NCBI GenBank assembly: GCA_041690135.1
Contig: JAWLHY010000008.1
Location: forward strand, 256,001 to 320,000
Reading direction: 5' to 3'
Length of the DNA stretch: 64,000 nt
From: Armatimonadota bacterium
GTDB lineage: Bacteria > Armatimonadota > SYMT01
Below, piece after piece: positions 49,246-57,125 of the stretch. Both the position numbers and the translations under genes were made by a program. Under the pieces are notes generated by a model that saw nothing but the letters and a program-made list of their open reading frames with translations, was not told where the DNA came from and did not search any database. Positions within the stretch are counted from its first letter, which is position 1. Each line of letters starts with the position of its first letter.

Positions 49246-49638
49246 GTGAGTCGTCAGATTACGCTAGATATCCCAGAGGAGGTCGTCGAACGCGCGGAAC
49301 GCATCGCTCGGCTGTCGCATCGCAACATCGGCGATGTTCTCACTACCGCGCTCGCGGTGGCACTCCCTCCGATGCCGCTACCCGAGGATGCGGCCGATAT
49401 CCGCCGCCTTCCAGATGACGACCTGCTAAAGCTCTGTCGGCTGGAAATGGCAGAAGAGGACGACCGGCGCTTAAGCGAGTTGCTGGAGCTCAACTCAGAG
49501 GGCGACTTGTCGGAAACGGATCGGAAGCAGTTTGTCTCCTTGATGGCCGCATACGAAGCTGGGTTGCTGCTGAAGGCGAGTGCGTTAGCAGAAGCGGTTC
49601 GAAGAGGGCTTCGACCACCATTTCAACCCCCGGTCTGA
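49246..49638 (+). CDS. Small helical protein of the type commonly found just upstream of HNH nuclease genes (antitoxin-like)
   Basis: GTG after GGAGG; ITLDIPE RHH-like start; RLSELL...GLLLKA-x-ALAEAVRRGL. Confidence 0.72.
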   Translation: MSRQITLDIPEEVVERAERIARLSHRNIGDVLTTALAVALPPMPLPEDAADIRRLPDDDLLKLCRLEMAEEDDRRLSELLELNSEGDLSETDRKQFVSLMAAYEAGLLLKASALAEAVRRGLRPPFQPPV

Positions 49639-49801
49639 TCAGTGGGAGGAACACTTCGCCTGGAGCGTGGACGGGACATTCATCATGGGTCGTACAGCCA
49701 TGGGACGAGCAACTGTAGTGGCCCTTCAGCTCAACAATCTGATCGCCGTGATGGTTCGCCAACGCTGGGTTGAGGCCGGATGGCATCCGCCCGTAGAGTA
49801 G
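49622..49801 (+). pseudogene. C-terminal remnant of an HNH endonuclease gene (N-terminal catalytic part missing)
   Basis: Frame absent from the ORF track reads FNPRSDQWEEHFAWSVDGTFIMGRTAMGRATVVALQLNNLIAVMVRQRWVEAGWHPPVE-stop; no start codon, CxxC or HNH motif upstream. Confidence 0.75.
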
Positions 49802-49802
49802 A

Positions 49803-51245
49803 ATGCTGCATCGACTACTGTTAGGCAGGTTGTTTGTGTTTGCACTTGCTGCGTCTGGCATGGGCTGTACGCTGGCCGTCGCAGCGGCAGCGCCGCCGAA
49901 GGTGCAGTTCAGCAAACAGGTTTTGCCGATTCTCAACCGCGAGTGCCTTGCCTGCCATCGCGGCGCAGCGGCGCCGGGCGGCTACAGCCTGGAGAGCCCA
50001 GAGCGCCTGGTGGCCGGGGGGCGACATGGCAAGGCAGTTATTCCCGGCAAAGGTGCCCAGAGCGCGCTCATCCGTTACCTGACGGGGGAGTTGAAGCCGC
50101 AGATGCCGCCCGGAAAGCCCCTGGACCTGGAAACCATCGCCCTGATCCGGCGCTGGATCGACGAGGGTGGGAAGATCGACAGCCTGGTCGATCCCACCCT
50201 GCCGGAAGGAAAGATGCAAGGCGCGATGCCGATGCAGCTTGGTGGTACTCCGGGAACACCTGCCAGGAGTGCATCCCGGTCGGGAGCACTCCTACCGGCT
50301 TCCGTAGTCCAGGCCGCCCCGGTGACGGCCCTGGCCTTTTCGCCGGACGGCAGGTTTCTGGCCGCCGGCGGGTACCAGGCCGTCCGCCTCCTCGATGCGG
50401 CAACGGGAAACGTGGTTCGCACCCTGACAGGGCCTGCGGACCAGGTGCTATCCCTGGCGTGGTCGGCAGACGGCAAGCGGCTGGCGGCCGGAGGAGGAGT
50501 GCCGGGCGCGATCGGGGAGGTCTGCCTCTGGGAAGGCGGCTCTCCCGAGGTCTGGACCAGGCCGAGGGTGCTTCGCGAGCACACCGACGCGATTTTTGCC
50601 GTAGCCTTGCGACCGGGAGCCCAGGAGATGGCCACCGTTAGCCCGGATCGTACGGTCCGCATCTGGGACCTGGCGACCGGAAAGGTGACGCGGCTCCTTC
50701 GCGACCATGTAGACGCCGTCTACGGGGCCGCGTACAGCGCCGACGGCAAGTGGTTCGCGACGGCGAGTGCCGACCGTACCGTCAAACTTTACCGGCTGGA
50801 CTCTTCCGAGCCCCCGGCCTCCCTGGGCCATGGAGACGGGGTGACCGGAGTGGCCTTCAACCCGAAGGGGGATCTGCTGGTGAGTTGCGCGCCCCGGCAG
50901 GTGCGGGTCTGGGCGGTGAAACTGGGAACGGGCCAGAATCCGCTGCGACAACATGGGGAAGGCGAAACGGTCAACGCGGTCAGCTTCAGCGGAGACGGCA
51001 GCGTCCTGGTCTGGGGCGCCTCGAACCGCCGCGTGCGCATCTGGAACGGCGAGGTATCGAACCACCGGCGCGAATTAGGAAACCTGCCGGACTGGGTTTA
51101 TTCCGTGGCCGCGTCGCCGGACGGCAAATTGGTTACTGGCGGTGTGGCGGACGGCAAAGTCTATTTCTGGGACGACAACGGCAAATTGCTGCGGACAGTC
51201 GGGCTGGGCCCCGGTGGAACTCCGCTTGCGGGGGCGGGGAAATGA
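49803..51245 (+). CDS. Planctomycete cytochrome c (PSCyt1) + WD40 repeat protein
   Basis: F-x-x-QVLPIL-x-x-ECLACH; MPP; RRWIDEG; multiple WD40 repeats (LAFSPDG, DRTVRIWD). Confidence 0.92.
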   Translation: MLHRLLLGRLFVFALAASGMGCTLAVAAAAPPKVQFSKQVLPILNRECLACHRGAAAPGGYSLESPERLVAGGRHGKAVIPGKGAQSALIRYLTGELKPQMPPGKPLDLETIALIRRWIDEGGKIDSLVDPTLPEGKMQGAMPMQLGGTPGTPARSASRSGALLPASVVQAAPVTALAFSPDGRFLAAGGYQAVRLLDAATGNVVRTLTGPADQVLSLAWSADGKRLAAGGGVPGAIGEVCLWEGGSPEVWTRPRVLREHTDAIFAVALRPGAQEMATVSPDRTVRIWDLATGKVTRLLRDHVDAVYGAAYSADGKWFATASADRTVKLYRLDSSEPPASLGHGDGVTGVAFNPKGDLLVSCAPRQVRVWAVKLGTGQNPLRQHGEGETVNAVSFSGDGSVLVWGASNRRVRIWNGEVSNHRRELGNLPDWVYSVAASPDGKLVTGGVADGKVYFWDDNGKLLRTVGLGPGGTPLAGAGK

Positions 51246-52012
51246 GAGCTCCACATCGGGTTCGTTCATGGGTCGCTTTGCTCACTGTCGCCGGCGGTCT
51301 ACCCTTTGCGCCTGCCGCATTGGGGCAGAAGAAGCCTTCGGCAATCGACATTCGCGCAACCACTCCGGCCTGGATCCTCACGGGGCGGGCCACCGTCGTA
51401 ACGCTGTTCGGGCAAGATCTCAAGACGGAGTCGGTGCGCTTCGAACCCTCGGGGTTCACCGGCCGAGTCGTTAAGGTCGGTCCGGCGACGCACAAGAACG
51501 ATGAGGAAAAAAAGCGGGGGAATTCGGCGGTCGAACTGGAAATAACGGTCCCGGCCGCGGCGAAGCCGGGGTACTGCAACTTCACGCTATTGGGCAAGGA
51601 CAACCAGATCGCCACGGGCCGGATCTTTGTGGATGTGCCCGCCCCCGAGATGCCGGAGAAGGAACCGAACGACAGCCTCTACCATCCCCAATCACTACCG
51701 GAGGGCAATATCACGCTGACCGGAAAGCTGGACAGGGAGGCGGTGGATGTGTTCCGCTTCGAAGGGAAGAAAGGCGAAACCTGGCGATTTGAGCTGTTTG
51801 CCCGCCGCATGAACCCGGCAAACAAGCTGGAAGCCGTGATCCGGCTGCGGGACAGTCGCCGCACCCCCTTGAAAGCCGCCGTGGACCAGGGGGGAGACTG
51901 CTACATCCAGTACGCCCTTCCGGACGACGGTGCCTACACCCTGGAGATCTTCGACGGCGACAACCGGAGTGGCGGCGATCTGGACTACCGGCTCGCCGTC
52001 CGCCGCCTGTAG
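51242..52012 (+). CDS. Secreted PPC (pre-peptidase C-terminal)-like domain protein
   Basis: Start ATG 51242 overlapping upstream stop; signal peptide; EKEPND; DVFRFEGKKG; DG-x-Y-x-L; YRL. Confidence 0.82.
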   Translation: MRAPHRVRSWVALLTVAGGLPFAPAALGQKKPSAIDIRATTPAWILTGRATVVTLFGQDLKTESVRFEPSGFTGRVVKVGPATHKNDEEKKRGNSAVELEITVPAAAKPGYCNFTLLGKDNQIATGRIFVDVPAPEMPEKEPNDSLYHPQSLPEGNITLTGKLDREAVDVFRFEGKKGETWRFELFARRMNPANKLEAVIRLRDSRRTPLKAAVDQGGDCYIQYALPDDGAYTLEIFDGDNRSGGDLDYRLAVRRL

Positions 52013-52013
52013 C

Positions 52014-52340
52014 CTATCTGTCCCCGCGCTGCGCGGTCCAACGCACCCCCAGAGCCAGGCCAAAAGGCAGACCCCAGAGGGCATACTTGACGGCCTGCGC
52101 ACCTGCTTCCACCGGAAGTCGGGCGCTAAGCTGGTTAGCGGCAACGATGGTGAGCAGAATACTCACCGCCAGGTACTGGATACCCAGGCGCTTGAGCGAG
52201 GCTACCAGATCGCGCCCATCCGTCGCGGTACTGACCGAGAGCCAGTGACGCAGGCAAGAAACCGCGAGTATGAAACCGATCGACAGACCCAGGGCCAATG
52301 GCGGGAGAACCCAGGCTGCCGAGGGTAGGCCTATTTCCAC
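52014..52340 (-). CDS. Small three-TM membrane protein
   Basis: Three hydrophobic segments; GGAGG RBS upstream of GTG. Confidence 0.6.
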   Translation of the reverse strand: MEIGLPSAAWVLPPLALGLSIGFILAVSCLRHWLSVSTATDGRDLVASLKRLGIQYLAVSILLTIVAANQLSARLPVEAGAQAVKYALWGLPFGLALGVRWTAQRGDR

Positions 52341-52449
52341 AGGCGTGCCTCCGCAAACTCCGGAGAGCGGGGGGCCGTCCGGATAGTCAGGTGTCCTTAG
52401 GTAAGATTATCCGAAGAACTCCCGGAATCGACCGGTCTATTCCAGTGTT

Positions 52450-54141
52450 TCACTCCAAATGCGCGAATCGTTCGGCAACCTGCGCCGCGCTCGTGATGCT
52501 TTCGGTGTATCCCAAGTATTTCTGCGCCTGCGTGTTATGCGGGTCCAGGGCAAGAGCCTTTTTGAACTGGAAGAGCGCCTCCGGGACGCGCCCAGCCTCG
52601 TACAGGCCGATACCGGCTGCCACACAGCGCTCCACTTCCAGGCGGCACAGCCGTTCCTCAACTTCATCCAGCGGATCGAGTTCATACGCCTGGCGCCACA
52701 TTTCTCGCGCGCCTTCCCGATCCCCGGCGTCGAGTTGATTATCGCCTGCCCGCATCAACTCGAAGGCGTGCTCTCGTTTGACCTGCGCCAGTGAATGGCG
52801 CGCTTCCAGGTTGTCCGGATCGAACTCCAGGAGTTCGATCCACATGGCCGCGCTCGCCGTCCAGCGCCTCTCCGCCGCCAAGTCCTGGGCTCGGGCGGCC
52901 GCGGCTTTCAGGGCCGCTTCGCGGAGATGCGCCCGGAAGTGGAGGAGTTCATCATCCCATGGAGCGTCCGCAGCCGCCCTTCCCAGGAGGCGGACAGCCG
53001 CCGAATACTCGTTCCGGGCGACTAACTCCTGCGCTTCCGCCAGTGCCTCCTGCACCAGGTACCGGCGGACCTCAATCAGAAGCGAGGCGGCCTCGACGTC
53101 GTGGGGGGCGGCCGAGACCAGGGCCGTCAGAATAGTGGCTGCAGCGGACCACTCGTTGCGGGAGACGGCTGCCTGCGCTCGCAACAGGTCGCGCCGCCTC
53201 CGATCGCGAACGCCGAAGCCCGGGGCAAACTTCAACTCCAGTTCGAACAACATGGCCTCACCGGAGGCGGTAGAAACCGCCAGATATCGCCCGTCTTCCG
53301 AGAGGGCCAGGCCAGTGGGAAGGGCCGTCAGCGGGTGCTCCCACACGGGAGTGCCGTCCGCGCCATGACAGGAGATCAGGTGCGCGTCGCCGTCCGTGGC
53401 AGCGGCCACGATCCACTGCGCCTCCGCATCGGCCGCGACACTCGCCACCGGAAGACCGAGATTACCCTGCCACCGGACGCCGCCATCTTCATTCAAAGCG
53501 GTGAGACGGCCCGAACGCGTACCGACCACCGGCCACGAGCGGGCGGAGGGAAGAGCCAGGGCCGAGACGGCAGATCCCGCCTCGGTTTCGCTCAGGAGGC
53601 GCCGCCGATGGTCGAGCAGAAGGACGCGGCCGTCCTCCAGGCCGGCGGCCAGTGTGCGGCCGTCCGGAGAGATAGCGACGCGATTGACGGGCGCATCCAC
53701 ATCCCGGCTCCAGAGCAGCCTTCCCGTGTTCTCGCCCAGGGCAATTCCATGGAGAGCGAATAGAACATCGGAGTAGCCGCAGACAAAGCCTCCCGTAGCC
53801 GTCGCCAGGCTGGCATCCGCGTAGGTGACCCTCCGGTCCGGCAGGAAGCGGATCTTCCGCGTATCGCGGGTGAAGTACAGGTCGTCATCCGTCATCGCGA
53901 GGAGATGACCGCCGTTCGGAGTGCCGTCGAACTTGTAAACGGTTTCCACGAACAGGGCGAACAACTCGCGAGCTTCGCCCTGGGGATCGATGGACAGAAC
54001 CTGGTAGGTACGGTTTTCCAGCGGGTCGGGCTGGATCACCAGCGTCTCCCCCGCGGGGGAGACGCTGTGAGGCGTGAACGCACTCAGTCCGCGGAAGCGC
54101 TGCTGCCAGAGAAGGTTGACGGATGTGAAGCGTCTCTGCAT
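52450..54141 (-). CDS. Beta-propeller (WD40/PQQ-like) + TPR repeat protein
   Basis: VAISPDG-x-x-LAAG-x-x-DG repeats; C-terminal TPRs (FKKALALDPHN-x-x-A); ends ERFAHLE. Confidence 0.82.
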   Translation of the reverse strand: MQRRFTSVNLLWQQRFRGLSAFTPHSVSPAGETLVIQPDPLENRTYQVLSIDPQGEARELFALFVETVYKFDGTPNGGHLLAMTDDDLYFTRDTRKIRFLPDRRVTYADASLATATGGFVCGYSDVLFALHGIALGENTGRLLWSRDVDAPVNRVAISPDGRTLAAGLEDGRVLLLDHRRRLLSETEAGSAVSALALPSARSWPVVGTRSGRLTALNEDGGVRWQGNLGLPVASVAADAEAQWIVAAATDGDAHLISCHGADGTPVWEHPLTALPTGLALSEDGRYLAVSTASGEAMLFELELKFAPGFGVRDRRRRDLLRAQAAVSRNEWSAAATILTALVSAAPHDVEAASLLIEVRRYLVQEALAEAQELVARNEYSAAVRLLGRAAADAPWDDELLHFRAHLREAALKAAAARAQDLAAERRWTASAAMWIELLEFDPDNLEARHSLAQVKREHAFELMRAGDNQLDAGDREGAREMWRQAYELDPLDEVEERLCRLEVERCVAAGIGLYEAGRVPEALFQFKKALALDPHNTQAQKYLGYTESITSAAQVAERFAHLE

Positions 54142-55172
54142 TACACGCTGCGTTCGAACCGCAGGATCCGGTGGTTGTCGGTATCCGCAACGTAAATGGT
54201 GCCTTTGTCCGAGACGGCCACGGCTCCGGGGCTGGAAAGCCGCCCATAACCCCCCAAATCGCTAATGAGTTGGAGACAGCGCCCCGTGCTATCGAGGATC
54301 TGTAGCCGCCGGTTTCCGGCCTCCACCACGTAAATCCGCCCCTCTGCGTCCACCGCAACGTCGAGTGGCTCACTGAACTGGCCACCGCCCGAGCCCAGAA
54401 TGCCGATGACTTTCTCCAACCGTAGGTCGGGCGTGAAGACGGAAAGAAGGTGGCGGAAACGGTCCGCCACCAGGATACGCCCGGAGCGATCCACCGCCAC
54501 GCCGAGCGGATTATTGAAGTACGCCCCGCCTCCCGTCATGCGGTAAATCATGCCCAACGGCTCACCCCAGCGAGTCCACCTTGTCACCCGTCCGTTGCCC
54601 GGATCGGCGATCACCAGTTGGCCGCAGGGAGAAAGGGCGATGCCGGCGGGCCCCTGAAACTCGCCCAGTCCGGAACCCTGCCGGCCGAAAGCGCCCAGAT
54701 GCTCACCCGTCGGGCTGAACACCTGGATGCGGCAGTTGCCCTGTTCGAGAACATAGATGCGGCCGCCGTCATCCACCACCACGCCTTGCGGGTTAAGGAA
54801 CTGTCCGGGCCGTGTACCCCGCGAACCCAGAATGGTCACGCTCCCCTGCGGACTGATGCGCTGGACCCGATGGTTGTAAGAGTCCGCTACATACAGGAAG
54901 CCGGAAGGGTCGACGGCAACCCCTCCCGGCGACGAGAACTGGATGTAACCGGTGCCCGCACTACCCATGGCTTCCGCAATGCGCCATGACGGTGGTGACG
55001 GCGGTTTCTTGGGCAGGGCGACGGGCGGCGTGGGTGGTAGCGGCTCCGGGGGAGAAGACCGTGTCGCCGGTGGCGCATCGGGCTGGGGCACGGCGACGTG
55101 CGCCGTGGCGGGTACGGGACGAGGCGGGCGCTCGTCCCCGATCTCCAGAAAGTCGAACCGGTTGTCCTGCAT
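54141..55172 (-). CDS. NHL repeat (six-bladed propeller) protein with Pro-rich linker
   Basis: Six F-x-x-P-x-GVAVD-x-x-G-x-x-YVAD-x-x-NHR-type repeats; start ATG 55172 (TTG 55193 possible). Confidence 0.9.
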   Translation of the reverse strand: MQDNRFDFLEIGDERPPRPVPATAHVAVPQPDAPPATRSSPPEPLPPTPPVALPKKPPSPPSWRIAEAMGSAGTGYIQFSSPGGVAVDPSGFLYVADSYNHRVQRISPQGSVTILGSRGTRPGQFLNPQGVVVDDGGRIYVLEQGNCRIQVFSPTGEHLGAFGRQGSGLGEFQGPAGIALSPCGQLVIADPGNGRVTRWTRWGEPLGMIYRMTGGGAYFNNPLGVAVDRSGRILVADRFRHLLSVFTPDLRLEKVIGILGSGGGQFSEPLDVAVDAEGRIYVVEAGNRRLQILDSTGRCLQLISDLGGYGRLSSPGAVAVSDKGTIYVADTDNHRILRFERSV

Positions 55173-55208
55173 CAGCTCAATCTGTCGCGGCAAATGTCGA
55201 GTGACAGT

Positions 55209-56051
55209 TCACCGCGAACGCTGACTTCTCCCTGTCTCCCAGTGACCCTCGTACACAAGAGCAGCCGGACCGGTGAGCGTGAGGGAGAGATCCGGGGCGA
55301 TTTCCACTCGCAGTACGCCGCCACGGGAATGCACTTCCACAGTAGACCCGGCGCGGCCGGAGAGATGCGAGGCTACGGCCACGGCCGCTGCGCCCGTTCC
55401 ACAGGCCAGCGTCTCGCCCACCCCTCGCTCCCAGATGCGCACCCGTGCGCTTCCGTTCCCGGCCGTTTCGGTCCAGAGCACGCTGGTCCGCTCCGGGAAG
55501 AGTGGGTGGTGCTCGATCCGGGGACTCAGGCGCTGGAAGCGTTCTTCGTCCGGCGTTTCGAAGAGGACGGTGTGAGCGGTCCCCGTAAATAGGGAGTGGA
55601 TCTCCAGATCCTCTCCCTCGACGGTCAACCTTCGCCCCAGCACATCCGCTCCGTCGAACCGGGCGGGAATCCCGGAAGGTTCCAGCACGGGACGCCCCAT
55701 CCGGACGGTCACGCTGGCACTCCGCGACCCGGCTGCGGACACCTGCACCTCTTTGAGGCCGGAAAGGGTCTCAATCCGGAAACGGTCGGCTTCCACCAGG
55801 CCGCGCCGTCGAGCGAAGAGCGCCAGGCAGCGCAATCCGTTACCGCAGTCGTCCTCGGTACCATCCGGGTTGTACATGCGCATGCGGACGGCCCCGATGC
55901 CGGAGGGGAGGGCCACCAGGATCCCGTCGGCTCCCGCGCCGAAGTTCCGGTGACACAGTTCGGGCGCGAGGCGGCTCCAATCGTGGTCCTCACCCTCCAC
56001 CACGATGAAGTCGTTTCCCGCGCCCTGCATCTTCGTGAATGCAAATCTCAT
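55209..56051 (-). CDS. dapF: Diaminopimelate epimerase
   Basis: FTKMQGAGNDF, GADG, NPDG...CGNG-x-RC, WERGVGETLACGTGA. Confidence 0.95.
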   Translation of the reverse strand: MRFAFTKMQGAGNDFIVVEGEDHDWSRLAPELCHRNFGAGADGILVALPSGIGAVRMRMYNPDGTEDDCGNGLRCLALFARRRGLVEADRFRIETLSGLKEVQVSAAGSRSASVTVRMGRPVLEPSGIPARFDGADVLGRRLTVEGEDLEIHSLFTGTAHTVLFETPDEERFQRLSPRIEHHPLFPERTSVLWTETAGNGSARVRIWERGVGETLACGTGAAAVAVASHLSGRAGSTVEVHSRGGVLRVEIAPDLSLTLTGPAALVYEGHWETGRSQRSR

Positions 56052-56177
56052 CGGCTTAGCATACCCGATGCCCCCGCATCATGTACGCAGCAGTTGCTCG
56101 CTCCTGCAGCCCGATGTCGCCCCCTCGCTAATCCGTATTCTTCGATAACCACGCCCACCAGAGAGCGGCACTTGCAC

Positions 56178-56855
56178 TCAACCGCGCCGTCGACGGCATA
56201 CCAGGGTCAGCCCTACAAGGGTGAGCAATCCTGCTCCCGTGGCTACTCCTGGCGAGGTGGGGATCGTTTCCGGTCCATCCGGTCCCTCGCTCAGCACCAC
56301 CGTATCGAGGTCGCACTGCCCCATCATCGCACCGCCTTCGCCGCGGATCCGAAGATCCTCGACCGAGGCGAGCACCATCCGAAGATCCATCCGAGTGGCG
56401 GGCACCCGGCGCCCGTTGACCTGCTTGTGCCAGCCGGCGCCTTCCGCAAGGGGGATCGTCTGGGTGACCCAACTTCCCATCGAAGCACCGTGACTGTCGT
56501 AGCTCACGGTGAGGCCGCCACCCACGAGGATCACATCCTCTTTGCTCTCGGGATCGAAGGTCGCGGAGCGGATATCGTAGTGCAGGGCACGCCCGTAAGC
56601 CGCAGTCCGGTCCCCGCGGAACTTCACCGGTGCTCGCCAATACCAGGCCGCGCCGCCCGACACACTCGTCGCCGAGAGGAAGCCTCCCGGGCTACCGCCA
56701 CTCGCTTCCCAAATCGGGCCTATTGCTTCACCGGTGATGGTCCAGCCTTCTGTTCCGCTGGTGAAGTGGCTCGAGAGGGTCCGGGCTTCCGCCGTGACGC
56801 TCACCGCCAGCGCAGCGGCCATGGCCGCCGGCATCCAGAACGTTCTGCTCAACAT
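56178..56855 (-). CDS. Laminin B (domain IV)-like protein with PEP-CTERM-like C-terminal anchor
   Basis: Signal peptide; WYW-x-AP-x-KF-x-GD-x-x-x-AYG; DVIL-x-GGG; VLA-x-V-x-x-LRIRGE; C-terminal Pro motif, TM and RRRR. Confidence 0.78.
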   Translation of the reverse strand: MLSRTFWMPAAMAAALAVSVTAEARTLSSHFTSGTEGWTITGEAIGPIWEASGGSPGGFLSATSVSGGAAWYWRAPVKFRGDRTAAYGRALHYDIRSATFDPESKEDVILVGGGLTVSYDSHGASMGSWVTQTIPLAEGAGWHKQVNGRRVPATRMDLRMVLASVEDLRIRGEGGAMMGQCDLDTVVLSEGPDGPETIPTSPGVATGAGLLTLVGLTLVCRRRRG

Positions 56856-57125
56856 AGCCGTATCTCCCGTGGCGAGATCCAAGTCTGGTCGGGAGTGCGC
56901 GGGTTACCGGTCGAGAAGGCCGGCCCCCGTCTCCATCCCCTCCATCTCCCAGGATACCCGCCTTTCCACGGGGTGTGATTCTTTCCACTCAAGGATGGAA
57001 CCGGTGAATCCGATGACATGGTCATCCGCCCTTGCGGAATAGTCAGGAACCTGATTCGGCTGCGAACCGTCTTGTATGCAAGTCAGCGACATCGCGCCGG
57101 ACTCTGGTCGCAGTGAGGTAAAGTC

